From a virus, in IMG/VR virus record IMGVR_UViG_3300017788_001394, positions 39,293 through 103,292 of that record: 64,000 nt of DNA; one strand, given 5' to 3'. A model generated the notes under the pieces. It was not told where the DNA came from. It was given only the letters and a program-made list of their open reading frames with translations, and did not search any database. A program made the position numbers and the translations under genes. How positions within the stretch are numbered: the first letter of the stretch is position 1; the number at the start of each line of letters is the position of its first letter. Below, piece after piece: positions 18,485 through 28,823 of this stretch.

Positions 18485-19657
18485 ATGAAAAAAATTGCAA
18501 TTTATCTGACAGGACTGATCCAGGATCGAACACATGTGTTGCCTCATGTTAAGCAATCATTTGATTACATTGCTAAAGCCTTAGATTTAGAAATAGATTA
18601 CTATTGCCATTTTTGGGATACTTCAGTTCGTTATCCTTATACCATTGACGATACTGATTTAATAGTTGGTGTATCTTGTGAGAATAAAGAAAATATATCA
18701 ACTTGCATTGAAGTTTTTAATCCTGTTAATTATACTGTTGCATCATTTATGGATTATTTTCCACATTTTTTAAAAATTGTCAGCGTTGATCCCCATAATA
18801 CAGAAGGTTATTGTAACATTGAACATTTTTTTACATTTACATTCGATAATTTTGACATCAATTCAATAACAAATGTTGTGATAGATAAAAACTTTTTTTT
18901 AAATAACGAGTTGAACGGAATTGAAAATGCAGGGCATATATTTAATCAGTGGTGGGAACTGCATACATTATGGAGTACATTTGTATTAGAAGCATCTCAA
19001 GGCATTTCAATGTCAAACTGTAACAAAATGATAGTATCATCTGGAAAACAGTACGATGCTTGTTTTAAATCGAGATACGATTTGTTATTTAATTATAGTG
19101 ACTTAGATTTCTTAAACATCTTCAATAGTATATTAGAGTTAGCTGAACGTAATACGGATAGTGTTATTTTAGAATCGGTGTGGTTCAGGCCACCACCTCA
19201 TCATGAGGTGTTGGAATCTTGTTTTCCACATCAACTACAAATCGACAATGCAATCGACATACATGAGTTTGGTTGCACGTCAGATTTTTGGTGGGCACAC
19301 GATATGTCGACAGCACAGAAACTAGCAAATTCTCTATTAGATGATTACTGTAGTTCAATGGTGTTGCGTACAGCTAAATGGAACTCTCAACATGCGTATT
19401 ACTACAGGGCATTTAGAAAATCCAATTTAGTTGTTCGATGTCCTGCCGGGAAGTTGTCTACAGGTATAATCAGAAGTAATGTAGAAATACCAAAAAATTA
19501 TCATCTTAACACTACAGCGCATTTTACTTTACTAAATAATCAATTTCTAAATCGTGATAAAAGTGACGATTCTGAAAAATGTTATCATAGATCAGGAATA
19601 ACTGCAAAATATTACACTATAGGTCAATTTAACTTTGACATATTTAAGAAAAAATAA
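18485..19657 (+). CDS. Putative glycosyltransferase-like protein
   Basis: KIAIYLTG, YCHFWD, YDACFKSRYD, SDFWW; this pattern is seen in polysaccharide-locus proteins. Confidence 0.55.
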   Translation: MKKIAIYLTGLIQDRTHVLPHVKQSFDYIAKALDLEIDYYCHFWDTSVRYPYTIDDTDLIVGVSCENKENISTCIEVFNPVNYTVASFMDYFPHFLKIVSVDPHNTEGYCNIEHFFTFTFDNFDINSITNVVIDKNFFLNNELNGIENAGHIFNQWWELHTLWSTFVLEASQGISMSNCNKMIVSSGKQYDACFKSRYDLLFNYSDLDFLNIFNSILELAERNTDSVILESVWFRPPPHHEVLESCFPHQLQIDNAIDIHEFGCTSDFWWAHDMSTAQKLANSLLDDYCSSMVLRTAKWNSQHAYYYRAFRKSNLVVRCPAGKLSTGIIRSNVEIPKNYHLNTTAHFTLLNNQFLNRDKSDDSEKCYHRSGITAKYYTIGQFNFDIFKKK

Positions 19658-20297
19658 ATACTATTTTAAAAGGAATCATGACATTATGTTATCATCTGTT
19701 AAGTCGCATGTTGTTGAATCATTGCGAAATACTGTGATTGAGTTCAACAACTACGAATATTTGTGCATTAAAAATTTGTTTCCGGAAGATTTTTACAACG
19801 AGCTGAAATCATTATCGATGCAAGAAGCAAGTAAACGAGTCCATGAAGTTTTTATTAACGAAGGCTTTGTTAATTTATTATTTGAAAAATTTAATAAAAG
19901 TCCGAAACGTAGCACGTTAATTAAAAGTATATATGCATTCTGGCAGCAGCATGGTGTTGGGTATACACTTAAACCACATGTTGATAGCTTTCCCCGAGTG
20001 TTTACAATGACTGTGTATCTCGCCGATAACGACAATACTCCTAATGCTGGTACAGCAGTGTATGATGTTAATAGAAGCACTAAGGAGTATAAAACCATTG
20101 GAATGATGCCGTATTTGCGTAATAGCTGTATGATTATTTGTCCGTATGATAACTTAACATGGCATGGCGTAGATATGTTAGTCGACGACATAAAAAGAGA
20201 TAGTATTGTTGTTGTGTTTAGCGCACAAGAATGGAACGAAACCCAAATGCATTATGCAGATTGGAAGCCAGGAGTAACAGTTAATTATGGGATTTAG
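19635..20297 (+). CDS. 2OG-Fe(II) oxygenase (start may be 19686)
   Basis: HVD...TWHGV...R facial triad with AGT motif. Confidence 0.75.
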   Translation: MTYLRKNKYYFKRNHDIMLSSVKSHVVESLRNTVIEFNNYEYLCIKNLFPEDFYNELKSLSMQEASKRVHEVFINEGFVNLLFEKFNKSPKRSTLIKSIYAFWQQHGVGYTLKPHVDSFPRVFTMTVYLADNDNTPNAGTAVYDVNRSTKEYKTIGMMPYLRNSCMIICPYDNLTWHGVDMLVDDIKRDSIVVVFSAQEWNETQMHYADWKPGVTVNYGI

Positions 20298-20844
20298 TAA
20301 TAGTAGACAATACTTAGAGAAGTATAAAAATCTTAAAGACGGTTATTACGAATATCTAATAAATGGCACCACTCGTAACTTATATACTAAATTTGAAGAT
20401 AATAGTGGTTGGATTCAAGTTGTAGTAGTTGACTGGAATAACAGAGATCATGTTAATCGTGATGAAATAGTAAATGTTAAATTAAACGACCATGACATAA
20501 ACTTCTTGCGGTCTGACATATTCGATTATAATATAATGGCTAGTGCCGAGATCTTTAAGGAACCATTCAATGAATGGATACGCTATCCACACAACATGTA
20601 TGTTCACAAATCAATGATTGAATTTAATAGTATTTCGCTAGCATCAGATACTCCTAACAGTAATCTAGTTAGTATTGACTTAAACGCACCACCACTTGCA
20701 ATATACCAAGATACTCAAGACATTGGGTTCGGCGGCGGCAGCAGTGGTATAGGAGATACATTTTTTGCATATAGCAGAGAAGGACGTAACGGATTAGTTC
20801 AAAGTTTTTGCGGACCTGCAAGAGGTGCTGTATACGTTAGATGA
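20287..20844 (+). CDS. Hypothetical protein, weak fibrinogen-C-like N-terminus
   Basis: DGYYEYLING...LYTKFEDNSGWIQV. Confidence 0.4.
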   Translation: MGFSNSRQYLEKYKNLKDGYYEYLINGTTRNLYTKFEDNSGWIQVVVVDWNNRDHVNRDEIVNVKLNDHDINFLRSDIFDYNIMASAEIFKEPFNEWIRYPHNMYVHKSMIEFNSISLASDTPNSNLVSIDLNAPPLAIYQDTQDIGFGGGSSGIGDTFFAYSREGRNGLVQSFCGPARGAVYVR

Positions 20845-22010
20845 CTAAAATATTTTGCCCGCATGTTTATAATGCATTGGAGATATCCACAATCGGTAAA
20901 TTTAAGCCTTGCTGTATATCTAGTAAAACATTTAAAAACAACAGTAATGTTGATTTTTTTGCTAGTAAATCAACATTGAATGATGTATATCACAGCGATG
21001 ATAGAAAAGATTTCATTGATAACTTTGACGAATATTTCCCTACAGAATGCAGTCAATGCTATCAAGTTGAAGCAAGTGGCGGAGAAAGTAAACGGCTCAG
21101 GGAAATCAAATACTGGGAATTATATTACAACGGTATTGAACATGTACCTGAATTTACAAAAAGCCAAAGTCTTGAGGTACTGGATTTAAAATTAGGCAAC
21201 ACCTGTAACTTAGCATGTGCTACGTGTGATTCATATAGTAGTAGTAAGTGGAATAGCCTGTTTAAGGAATTTAACAGCGGGTTTGAAACTACTGTTACAC
21301 GCTGGCAAGACGATGATAAGTTCTGGAATGATTTGGTATTAAATCTGTCTAATATTAAGAAAATTGAACTAGCAGGCGGAGAACCGTTTTTAAATAAAAA
21401 ACAAAAGATCATGTTAAAATTTCTAGTAGACAACGACCTAGCTAAGGACATCGACATTACATGGATTACTAACTGCACACAGTACGACGAAGAAGTAATT
21501 AGTCTGTTTAAACACTTTAAACTTGTGCGAGTTATGATTAGTTTAGACAACACAGGTAAACAATTCGAGTATATGCGATATCCTGCTGTATGGGATGATA
21601 GTTATCAAATCTTTTTAAAGTTTTTAGAACTTAAAAATGCAAATTTAATTAACTTAGGAATTAGTCATACTATTAGCTTGCTTAACATATATCATTTGCC
21701 TGATATGTGGGAATTTGCAAGAAAACATAAAGTAATGTTGTTTAACAACTTAGTTATGTGGCCATTCCATTGTAGAAATTTACCAGAGGATTTCAAGCAA
21801 ACAGTTAAAGCCAGACTGGAAGCAGTAAGCGACTCTAGTTACCAGCTTAATCCAGCCAATGGTAAAAACAGTTGGCTAGTAGAATTTATGTTGCAATCCA
21901 ACGAAAATGATAGTATAATGGAAAGAATGAAGGCTCATTTGAGATTTGTTAACAGGACCAGGCAGGACTTGTTTGAAGATGCGTTTCCTGAACTAGCAAG
22001 TATTTTATAA
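20841..22010 (+). CDS. Radical SAM protein with N-terminal twitch/SPASM-like domain
   Basis: FCPH...PCC...CSQC; CNLACATC; AGGEPF. Confidence 0.9.
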   Translation: MTKIFCPHVYNALEISTIGKFKPCCISSKTFKNNSNVDFFASKSTLNDVYHSDDRKDFIDNFDEYFPTECSQCYQVEASGGESKRLREIKYWELYYNGIEHVPEFTKSQSLEVLDLKLGNTCNLACATCDSYSSSKWNSLFKEFNSGFETTVTRWQDDDKFWNDLVLNLSNIKKIELAGGEPFLNKKQKIMLKFLVDNDLAKDIDITWITNCTQYDEEVISLFKHFKLVRVMISLDNTGKQFEYMRYPAVWDDSYQIFLKFLELKNANLINLGISHTISLLNIYHLPDMWEFARKHKVMLFNNLVMWPFHCRNLPEDFKQTVKARLEAVSDSSYQLNPANGKNSWLVEFMLQSNENDSIMERMKAHLRFVNRTRQDLFEDAFPELASIL

Positions 22011-22012
22011 AC

Positions 22013-22870
22013 ATGAAAGAAAGAAAATATATAAATTGGCGCAGCGGTATTAAACGTAGAATTTTAATAATAGGCGATCAAAATCTATTAGGTGACTACA
22101 GTTTAGAAGGTAAACTCGTAGGTTATAAAAGCTGGGCATGGCATTTAAAAAAACAACTTAACGAAGATCATCATATCTATACTTTACCGTTACCTAATTG
22201 CAGTTTTACACAAGTAAATGCAATATTAGAATATCTCAGAGATAGTGGTCTTCTTGATATCTTTACCCATTGTATTGTCAGTTTACCTGCAGATAACAGT
22301 CAAACATTGTTTACATCAGACGCTGACGGTTATTTTAACGCACTGTCCACTTTTATATTAACCGATCGTTTCTTAAAATATGATTTATATGATGGCAAAG
22401 AACTGTATGATAGATTCTTAGAACCACATATTATGTCAACAAGTGCATCATATTCTAAAAACAATTTAGATAATAGTGTTAGTTATTCGGTTTTTAACAA
22501 ACATTTATTCTCTGTAAATTACGCCATGTTATTAGATATATTGAAGTCGAGTAATGTTGTTCCAATATTATTTGATCTTGAATCAAGGCCAGTTGCACAA
22601 TATCAACAAATTCACACAATAAGAAAACGAGAAGATTTAAATCTATACCCCAACAATTCGTATGCATTTACCGAACCCGACGGTGTATACTGGTCAGCTA
22701 TAGAGATGATAAAGTGCATCGATTTTGATAGAGACTTTAATATCAACAATAACAACACATTCACCGCCGACGACCAATGGGTTCTTGCTAAAACATTGTA
22801 CAAAGTTTTAGCTGATAAACTAATACTTGATTGGATAATAGAGGATAAAAAAAAAAAAGGTAAATCATAA
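22013..22870 (+). CDS. SGNH-hydrolase-like protein, catalytic residues apparently lost
   Basis: IIGDQN instead of GDS; shares SWAWHL and YTLP with the next gene. Confidence 0.5.
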   Translation: MKERKYINWRSGIKRRILIIGDQNLLGDYSLEGKLVGYKSWAWHLKKQLNEDHHIYTLPLPNCSFTQVNAILEYLRDSGLLDIFTHCIVSLPADNSQTLFTSDADGYFNALSTFILTDRFLKYDLYDGKELYDRFLEPHIMSTSASYSKNNLDNSVSYSVFNKHLFSVNYAMLLDILKSSNVVPILFDLESRPVAQYQQIHTIRKREDLNLYPNNSYAFTEPDGVYWSAIEMIKCIDFDRDFNINNNNTFTADDQWVLAKTLYKVLADKLILDWIIEDKKKKGKS

Positions 22871-23680
22871 ATGAAAGATAAAGTATTGTGTATAGGATGC
22901 AGCCATTTAGCAGGTGCATACGATAAAGATGATATAGTCGTTAGCAACGAGTCATGGGCTTGGCATTTATGGAAACGTAGAGGAAAGAATGAAATTTTTT
23001 ATACGTTGCCAAGCCCAGGTCAAGGTCTGATGCAGTATGGTGCATTAATAGAAACTCTAAAAAATAAAAACAAACTAAGTCAATTTAAGTATGCCATAAT
23101 ACAGTTAACATCCGAACCTAGAATTAATTGGTATGGCGGGTTACCTCAAAATTATTATTTTTCAATATTGCCACACTTTGTTGATAACAATGAAAATGGG
23201 TTTAACGATGGACAAACAATGTATACTAAGTATGCAAGAAGTATTGTATTATCATCTGACTTTAGAAAAATGTACGAAATACACGAAGGAAAATTTGTTT
23301 CTCCGGATTCTAAAAATGCTTGGTTGGATATTAGCGAACAGCTTTATGAGTCATTTAATAAAAGTGTACTGTCGCAATCATTATTTCCTATCTATATGAA
23401 ATATATTACTGATACGTTAAAAGAACACAATATAACGCCAATCATATTCGATTGGTGGGGTAAAACGGTCGAACAATGGCAATTGATTGATAATCTGAAT
23501 ATACATGATAATATATTGTTTGTCAGGAAATCTATTAAACAGATTCTAATAGATAACAATTTGTGGAACAGAGAAGAGCAAAGTATCGGTGGTCACTTTA
23601 ACAGTATTCAAAATAAAGCTGTTACGAAATTTTTGCATAAAGAAATTATTGAAAAAGGTTTAATGCCTGACTATGAATGA
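22871..23680 (+). CDS. SGNH/GDSL hydrolase-like protein
   Basis: IGCSH block I, IIQLT..R, C-terminal GGHFN. Confidence 0.6.
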   Translation: MKDKVLCIGCSHLAGAYDKDDIVVSNESWAWHLWKRRGKNEIFYTLPSPGQGLMQYGALIETLKNKNKLSQFKYAIIQLTSEPRINWYGGLPQNYYFSILPHFVDNNENGFNDGQTMYTKYARSIVLSSDFRKMYEIHEGKFVSPDSKNAWLDISEQLYESFNKSVLSQSLFPIYMKYITDTLKEHNITPIIFDWWGKTVEQWQLIDNLNIHDNILFVRKSIKQILIDNNLWNREEQSIGGHFNSIQNKAVTKFLHKEIIEKGLMPDYE

Positions 23681-24845
23681 ATCCTTTTGTGTTGCACCAT
23701 GGCTACACATGCATGTAGAACCAACTGGCGATGTTCAACTGTGTTGTGCAAGCAATTGGAAACATGATTTCAACCGTAGCTTAGGAAACTTAAACGATGC
23801 ATCTCCGTTAGAAATATGGAACAATGAACAATATAGATATGTAAGAGCAAACATGATTAAAGGCAATATGTTAAAAAAATATTGCAGTCCGTGTTATCTT
23901 AGAGAAAATGGTGCAGTTAATCAAACCGAACGTCAACGACTTAATAAGGAATTTCCTTTAGGTTATGAACTAGCTAAAGAAACAAATGCAGATGGCAGTT
24001 TAAACAAGTTAGACATACGATATCTCGACATACGTTTTAATAATTTATGTAATTTAAAATGCAGGACATGTGGCCCAGACTGGAGCACAAGTTGGGCAAA
24101 CGAGATGGGTATTGAAAAACCATTGCACTATAATAACTCCTGGAAAAAACTAATACCGTATCTGGGCAATTTAGAAAAAGTATATTTTGCAGGAGGTGAG
24201 CCAATGATGACCGCAGAGCATTATGATTTCTTAGAGTTACTATTAGATACAAACCCTAATGTAGAATTACTATACACTAGTAATTTTACAAGATTGGAAC
24301 TCAAGGGCAGACATGTAATGGACTATTGGCCAAGGTTTAAACTTGTAAATGCAGTAGCTAGTATTGACCATTGCAATGAATACGCAAGTTATGTCAGAAC
24401 TGGAAGTGATTATAACGTAGTCAAGAATAACTTTTTAGAAATAAAAAATCAAAATTTACACAATGTTAGAGCAGGTGTAACTAGTGTACTAAGTTTGTAT
24501 AATATTACTAAAATAGGTAGCTTCATAACACAGTTGTTTGAAGATAAAATTTTAGATAATATGGATCAAATTGTTTTCAACCTATTAGTAAACCCTAATT
24601 ATCAAAACGCTTTGATTATGCCAGAAGAATCGTTGCCTACGGCATTGAATAGTATCGAATTATGTGAACAGTATTTGCATAATTTAGTAATAGATTCATC
24701 TAAGTTAAATAATATTAAAGAATGGTTAACTAATAATCATAATTATGATGAAACTTTATTTAAAAAATTTATCTACTATAATAAAGAATTAGATCGTAAA
24801 CGTAATACAAACTTTGAGTTGTTATATTCGGAGTATAATGTGTGA
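23673..24845 (+). CDS. Radical SAM protein with N-terminal twitch domain
   Basis: FCVAPW...LCC...LGNL...CSPC; CNLKCRTC; AGGEPM. Confidence 0.9.
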   Translation: MNESFCVAPWLHMHVEPTGDVQLCCASNWKHDFNRSLGNLNDASPLEIWNNEQYRYVRANMIKGNMLKKYCSPCYLRENGAVNQTERQRLNKEFPLGYELAKETNADGSLNKLDIRYLDIRFNNLCNLKCRTCGPDWSTSWANEMGIEKPLHYNNSWKKLIPYLGNLEKVYFAGGEPMMTAEHYDFLELLLDTNPNVELLYTSNFTRLELKGRHVMDYWPRFKLVNAVASIDHCNEYASYVRTGSDYNVVKNNFLEIKNQNLHNVRAGVTSVLSLYNITKIGSFITQLFEDKILDNMDQIVFNLLVNPNYQNALIMPEESLPTALNSIELCEQYLHNLVIDSSKLNNIKEWLTNNHNYDETLFKKFIYYNKELDRKRNTNFELLYSEYNV

Positions 24846-26074
24846 TGTCGAATATCCCTGATAATTTTTGTTCGGCTCCGTGGAGTGCAGTGTATGTGGA
24901 TCCGGTCGGTTATGTCGGACCTTGCTGTATATATCGTATGGATGACGAAACAGCATACGGTAATTTAAACAACGATTCAATGAGTAATATAGTTAACAGC
25001 GATAACGCAAGAAAACTAAAATTACAGCTCATTAATAATGAACGACCCGTCGGATGTAACAACTGCTGGGAAAGCGACGATAAAAATTTAACAAGTTTCA
25101 GACATTCTTGGAATGAACGAGACAATAAACAAATTGAAGATTTTTTGAATTATACTAGCAACACAGGGGATTATAATTATTCAAACATAAATTACTGGGA
25201 TATACGACCTAGTAATTTATGTAATCTAGGTTGTATTATGTGTACACCGACACTTAGTTCTGGGGTGTGGCAACTATACTCTGACTTAGGAATGTTAGCA
25301 AAAGATAACGTAAAAAAATTTAAAAAAATGAGCGAAGATGATATCAATTTAACATTGCAATACATCAAAGAAAAAGTATCAGAAAATCATAGTAACGGAA
25401 TAAATGATCATTTTTATTTTGCAGGTGGCGAACCGTTGATTATGCCAGAGCACAAAAAAATTATCGACATGTTAGAGCAGGAAAACTTTTATCATGTCTC
25501 ATTACGATATAATACAAATTTAACGTCAGTTGTGTTTAAAGATATTAATTGGTTAGATAAGTGGAAAAAATTTCAGAACGAAATAATTATCGATGCATCG
25601 ATTGACAGTACAGGAGACACTGCTGGCATACAACGATTCGGAACTGACTGGAATGTGATTAAGAACAATTTAAAATTAATTGCTGCTAGTGATAATATTA
25701 AAATAACATTTAACATTGTAGTATCTATCTTAACTTACCCTGTATTAATAGATACACTAACCGAGTTAGAAGAAATATTCGGTAACGAATATCTGAGATA
25801 CTGTGTAAAATTGACACCGTTACAATACCCTGAATTCTTATGTTTAAACAGTATAACAGATAATCATATTGACTATTCTATAATACATAAAGTAAATGAA
25901 ATGGGCTATAATGTCAGTGAGTTAGGATCTTTGTTAAGAAATAGAGAAAAATTCGTTACACAGCATGATATGCGATCGATCGCCACTGCTCGTAATAAAC
26001 TGTTTAACAGATTATATAAAATAAAAAACATAGATGTAAGAAATATACTACCCTGGTTTGTATTAGATGAATAA
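24845..26074 (+). CDS. Radical SAM protein with N-terminal twitch domain
   Basis: FCSAPW...PCC...YGNL...CNNC; CNLGCIMC; AGGEPL. Confidence 0.9.
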   Translation: MSNIPDNFCSAPWSAVYVDPVGYVGPCCIYRMDDETAYGNLNNDSMSNIVNSDNARKLKLQLINNERPVGCNNCWESDDKNLTSFRHSWNERDNKQIEDFLNYTSNTGDYNYSNINYWDIRPSNLCNLGCIMCTPTLSSGVWQLYSDLGMLAKDNVKKFKKMSEDDINLTLQYIKEKVSENHSNGINDHFYFAGGEPLIMPEHKKIIDMLEQENFYHVSLRYNTNLTSVVFKDINWLDKWKKFQNEIIIDASIDSTGDTAGIQRFGTDWNVIKNNLKLIAASDNIKITFNIVVSILTYPVLIDTLTELEEIFGNEYLRYCVKLTPLQYPEFLCLNSITDNHIDYSIIHKVNEMGYNVSELGSLLRNREKFVTQHDMRSIATARNKLFNRLYKIKNIDVRNILPWFVLDE

Positions 26075-26183
26075 CGAAAACGTCAGAACAATGTCTGGGC
26101 ACCTTAATGCCATTGGTTACGAGTTATTTGCACAATATGTATATGAGTTACTTACAGCAAAAATAGCAAAGAAAAATGAGTAA
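26067..26183 (+). pseudogene. 38-aa ORF resembling an orphan SGNH hydrolase C-terminus
   Basis: MNNENVRTMSGHLNAIGYELFAQYVYELL matches block V (H.N..G...A); overlaps both neighbours. Confidence 0.45.
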
Positions 26184-27561
26184 AATTAAACCAATTTGGA
26201 ATCATGACGGTAGCTGTTCAAACGACAGTCCTAATAAAGTTTTCTGTATGGCACCATGGTCACATACATATATTAGTCCGCAAGGAGAACGTCGTCTGTG
26301 CTGTGCTAGTCGTGAAGAACACAGTTTTCAAAAACAATATATTGACGCTAGCAATGACGAAAAATACGGCGCTGTAAAAGAGTCTAAGACCAGTGCAGAT
26401 GAGTTTAATCCGCTAACATTAGAAGAGCATTGGAATAGTCCATATATGCGTGATATACGCAAGAAATTAATGGCAGGCGAGCGTATTCCACAATGTGATG
26501 TTTGTAATGATGATATACTTAGTATAAGCAGTTATCGTAAATGGTTTACAGGTGTGTTGTTTAGAGATAAAATCGAACAAGCGTTTGATAATACAGACGA
26601 CGACGGATATACATCTATGCCTGCTATATCGTTCGATTATCGATATAGCAATTTGTGTAACTTTAAATGTCGTATGTGTGGAGAGCAACTTAGTAGCAGT
26701 TGGGAATCAGAAAAAAAGAAACACGACTTGTGGACTCCAAAAAATCAACCGTTTATGATACCCGAAGTCAAACAAAAAATGACACTGTTTCAGCGTAACG
26801 TAGTTGAGCCAGAATTTAAGAAAGCAATCAGTGATGGCATTGTAGAAGAGATTTATTGGGTCGGAGGCGAGCCTTTAATGTATGATATACATTGGTGGGC
26901 ATTAGAAGAAATGATACAAAACAACAGTGCTAGAAACTGTTACTTAAGATACAATTCCAACTTGTCACGAATCGAATACAAAGGCATGAATTTGTTCGAC
27001 TACTTACCGCAATTTAAAAATTGGTTAATGTGTGCAAGTATCGACGGCACAGGACATATTGTAGAATTTATCCGTAAGGGTATTGTTTGGGAAGAGTGGT
27101 TAGCAAACTTTAAAACAGGATTAGCAGCACCCCACGGAAAAGATAGGATGTTATTTGATTTAACAATAACAGGCCCCGGCATGTTTGCACTTAAAGATTT
27201 GTTTGATTTGTCGAGAGAATTAGATGTAAGAATCGAAACAAAAATAATGTTTGCTTTTCACCCCGACATTGTGTTTAGTCCGTTTGCTTGGCCCAAACAC
27301 ATACTAGATCGTAAAATAGATCAATTATTAAACTATATGGACCCGATAGCAACACATAAACAGCTATCTCTTGTTAACACACTTAAGGAAATGAAAAAAC
27401 GTCCAACCTTTGCAGAACAATGGCCTGACACACATAAGCAGTCATTTATTAACGGTCGAGGCTGGCAACAAAAATTAGACACGATACGCCAAGAGCAGTA
27501 TCGATTAGAAGATATATATAAAGAAGATAACGAATTATACAATTGGTGGACACAAAATTGA
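26176..27561 (+). CDS. Radical SAM protein with N-terminal twitch domain
   Basis: FCMAPW...LCC...CDVC; CNFKCRMC; VGGEPL. Confidence 0.9.
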   Translation: MSKIKPIWNHDGSCSNDSPNKVFCMAPWSHTYISPQGERRLCCASREEHSFQKQYIDASNDEKYGAVKESKTSADEFNPLTLEEHWNSPYMRDIRKKLMAGERIPQCDVCNDDILSISSYRKWFTGVLFRDKIEQAFDNTDDDGYTSMPAISFDYRYSNLCNFKCRMCGEQLSSSWESEKKKHDLWTPKNQPFMIPEVKQKMTLFQRNVVEPEFKKAISDGIVEEIYWVGGEPLMYDIHWWALEEMIQNNSARNCYLRYNSNLSRIEYKGMNLFDYLPQFKNWLMCASIDGTGHIVEFIRKGIVWEEWLANFKTGLAAPHGKDRMLFDLTITGPGMFALKDLFDLSRELDVRIETKIMFAFHPDIVFSPFAWPKHILDRKIDQLLNYMDPIATHKQLSLVNTLKEMKKRPTFAEQWPDTHKQSFINGRGWQQKLDTIRQEQYRLEDIYKEDNELYNWWTQN

Positions 27562-28823
27562 CAGCAAATAACTACAAGTGGCACTATTTAAATAGTGCAG
27601 AAGCTAATCCAATGTACGAACAAATGGCTAGTTTTATTAAGGAGAATGACTGTAAAACTGTTTTAGATATCGGATGCGGGTTTAGTAGAATCAATGAGTT
27701 TTTAACCAATGATTATTCGATAAATGGTCTAGATTCTGATATAGATTGCATAAATTATTGTTTGGAAAATCATTCAGGAAAGTATGTAATTGGCGATGTC
27801 ACTGCCATAGAAAAATACACCGAGCTCGGCACACATTACGATGCTATTGTGTTAAGTGGTATACTATATTATTTTGGTAAAGGCGATATGCCAACTGTCG
27901 AAGACTACGTTGACAGGTTGATTAAACTGTATAGCCCCAGAATAGTTATAGTATGCGAACCAAGGCCTAGTCTTGTTTATATAAGTCCAAACTTTACTGA
28001 GTTACTAGACAGATATGCATACGTTGCAAAACAATTCGATATGAAAATTCGAATGGGAAACAGAATTGTTTATTGTTTATACACAGACAGAAATCGTCCT
28101 GAGCGCAAAATAAAAGCAGAATTCAATGAACACTCGGAACTATATAATCATATTAAACAAAGTGACTTTGATACTAATCGATTGAAATATAATGTTTATC
28201 TCACCAATACAGAAAACATATCAAACGACAGAGACGGCGAATTATTTCCGCAAAATGTAAATAATTATCATTATATAAGTGTTGCAGCTGGATTTAAAAG
28301 TTTGTTTAAAGCAGTAATAGATTGGGAAGCCCACAAAGAGTTTAAATTTATATATGTTGATGTTGTTCCTACTGCATTAGATTACCGAATGTTCTTTGAT
28401 TTTAAACTTAAGCAAAACAGTAAAATATCATTCAATGAAATATATAACTTGTATGTCAGTGAGATAAACCCAAATATTATTCCCATATATGGAACGAATA
28501 ACGTTGACATAGATGAAACAGTAAAAATGCAATTAAAAGAACTCGACATTGACTTTCAACACTGGCAAGACTTTATTGCTGCATATAGTCAAATTGAAAA
28601 AACATATATCAAATTGGATGCAGTTAATAATATAAAACTTCTTAAAAATCTTATAAATTCGTGTACAGATGATAATCTAAAATGGTTTTGGTATAGTAAT
28701 ATGTTTGATTGGCACCAATTTAGATTTAAAGAACAAACATATTATCGATGGGTTAAATACTTAGATAATAATATAAAAGGCTTAAAATTGAATGGTCACA
28801 CCCCGCCGTTTACTACTTCATGA
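27543..28823 (+). CDS. SAM-dependent methyltransferase with additional C-terminal domain
   Basis: VLDIGCG, GLDSD, YDAIVLSGILYY; second Rossmann-like segment ISVAAG...YVDV. Confidence 0.75.
   Translation: MVDTKLTANNYKWHYLNSAEANPMYEQMASFIKENDCKTVLDIGCGFSRINEFLTNDYSINGLDSDIDCINYCLENHSGKYVIGDVTAIEKYTELGTHYDAIVLSGILYYFGKGDMPTVEDYVDRLIKLYSPRIVIVCEPRPSLVYISPNFTELLDRYAYVAKQFDMKIRMGNRIVYCLYTDRNRPERKIKAEFNEHSELYNHIKQSDFDTNRLKYNVYLTNTENISNDRDGELFPQNVNNYHYISVAAGFKSLFKAVIDWEAHKEFKFIYVDVVPTALDYRMFFDFKLKQNSKISFNEIYNLYVSEINPNIIPIYGTNNVDIDETVKMQLKELDIDFQHWQDFIAAYSQIEKTYIKLDAVNNIKLLKNLINSCTDDNLKWFWYSNMFDWHQFRFKEQTYYRWVKYLDNNIKGLKLNGHTPPFTTS

Noticed and set aside
22847-22858. A12 homopolymer as a phase-variation switch
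   Set aside because: It lies in the last codons of the gene; slippage would alter only a few terminal residues and would not fuse the genes.
1323-23680. Saxitoxin gene cluster (amidinotransferase, carbamoyltransferase, SxtK-like peptide, GDSL, 2OG oxygenase)
   Set aside because: No SxtA-like PKS/AONS, Rieske oxygenase or cyclase visible; shared families are generic tailoring enzymes.
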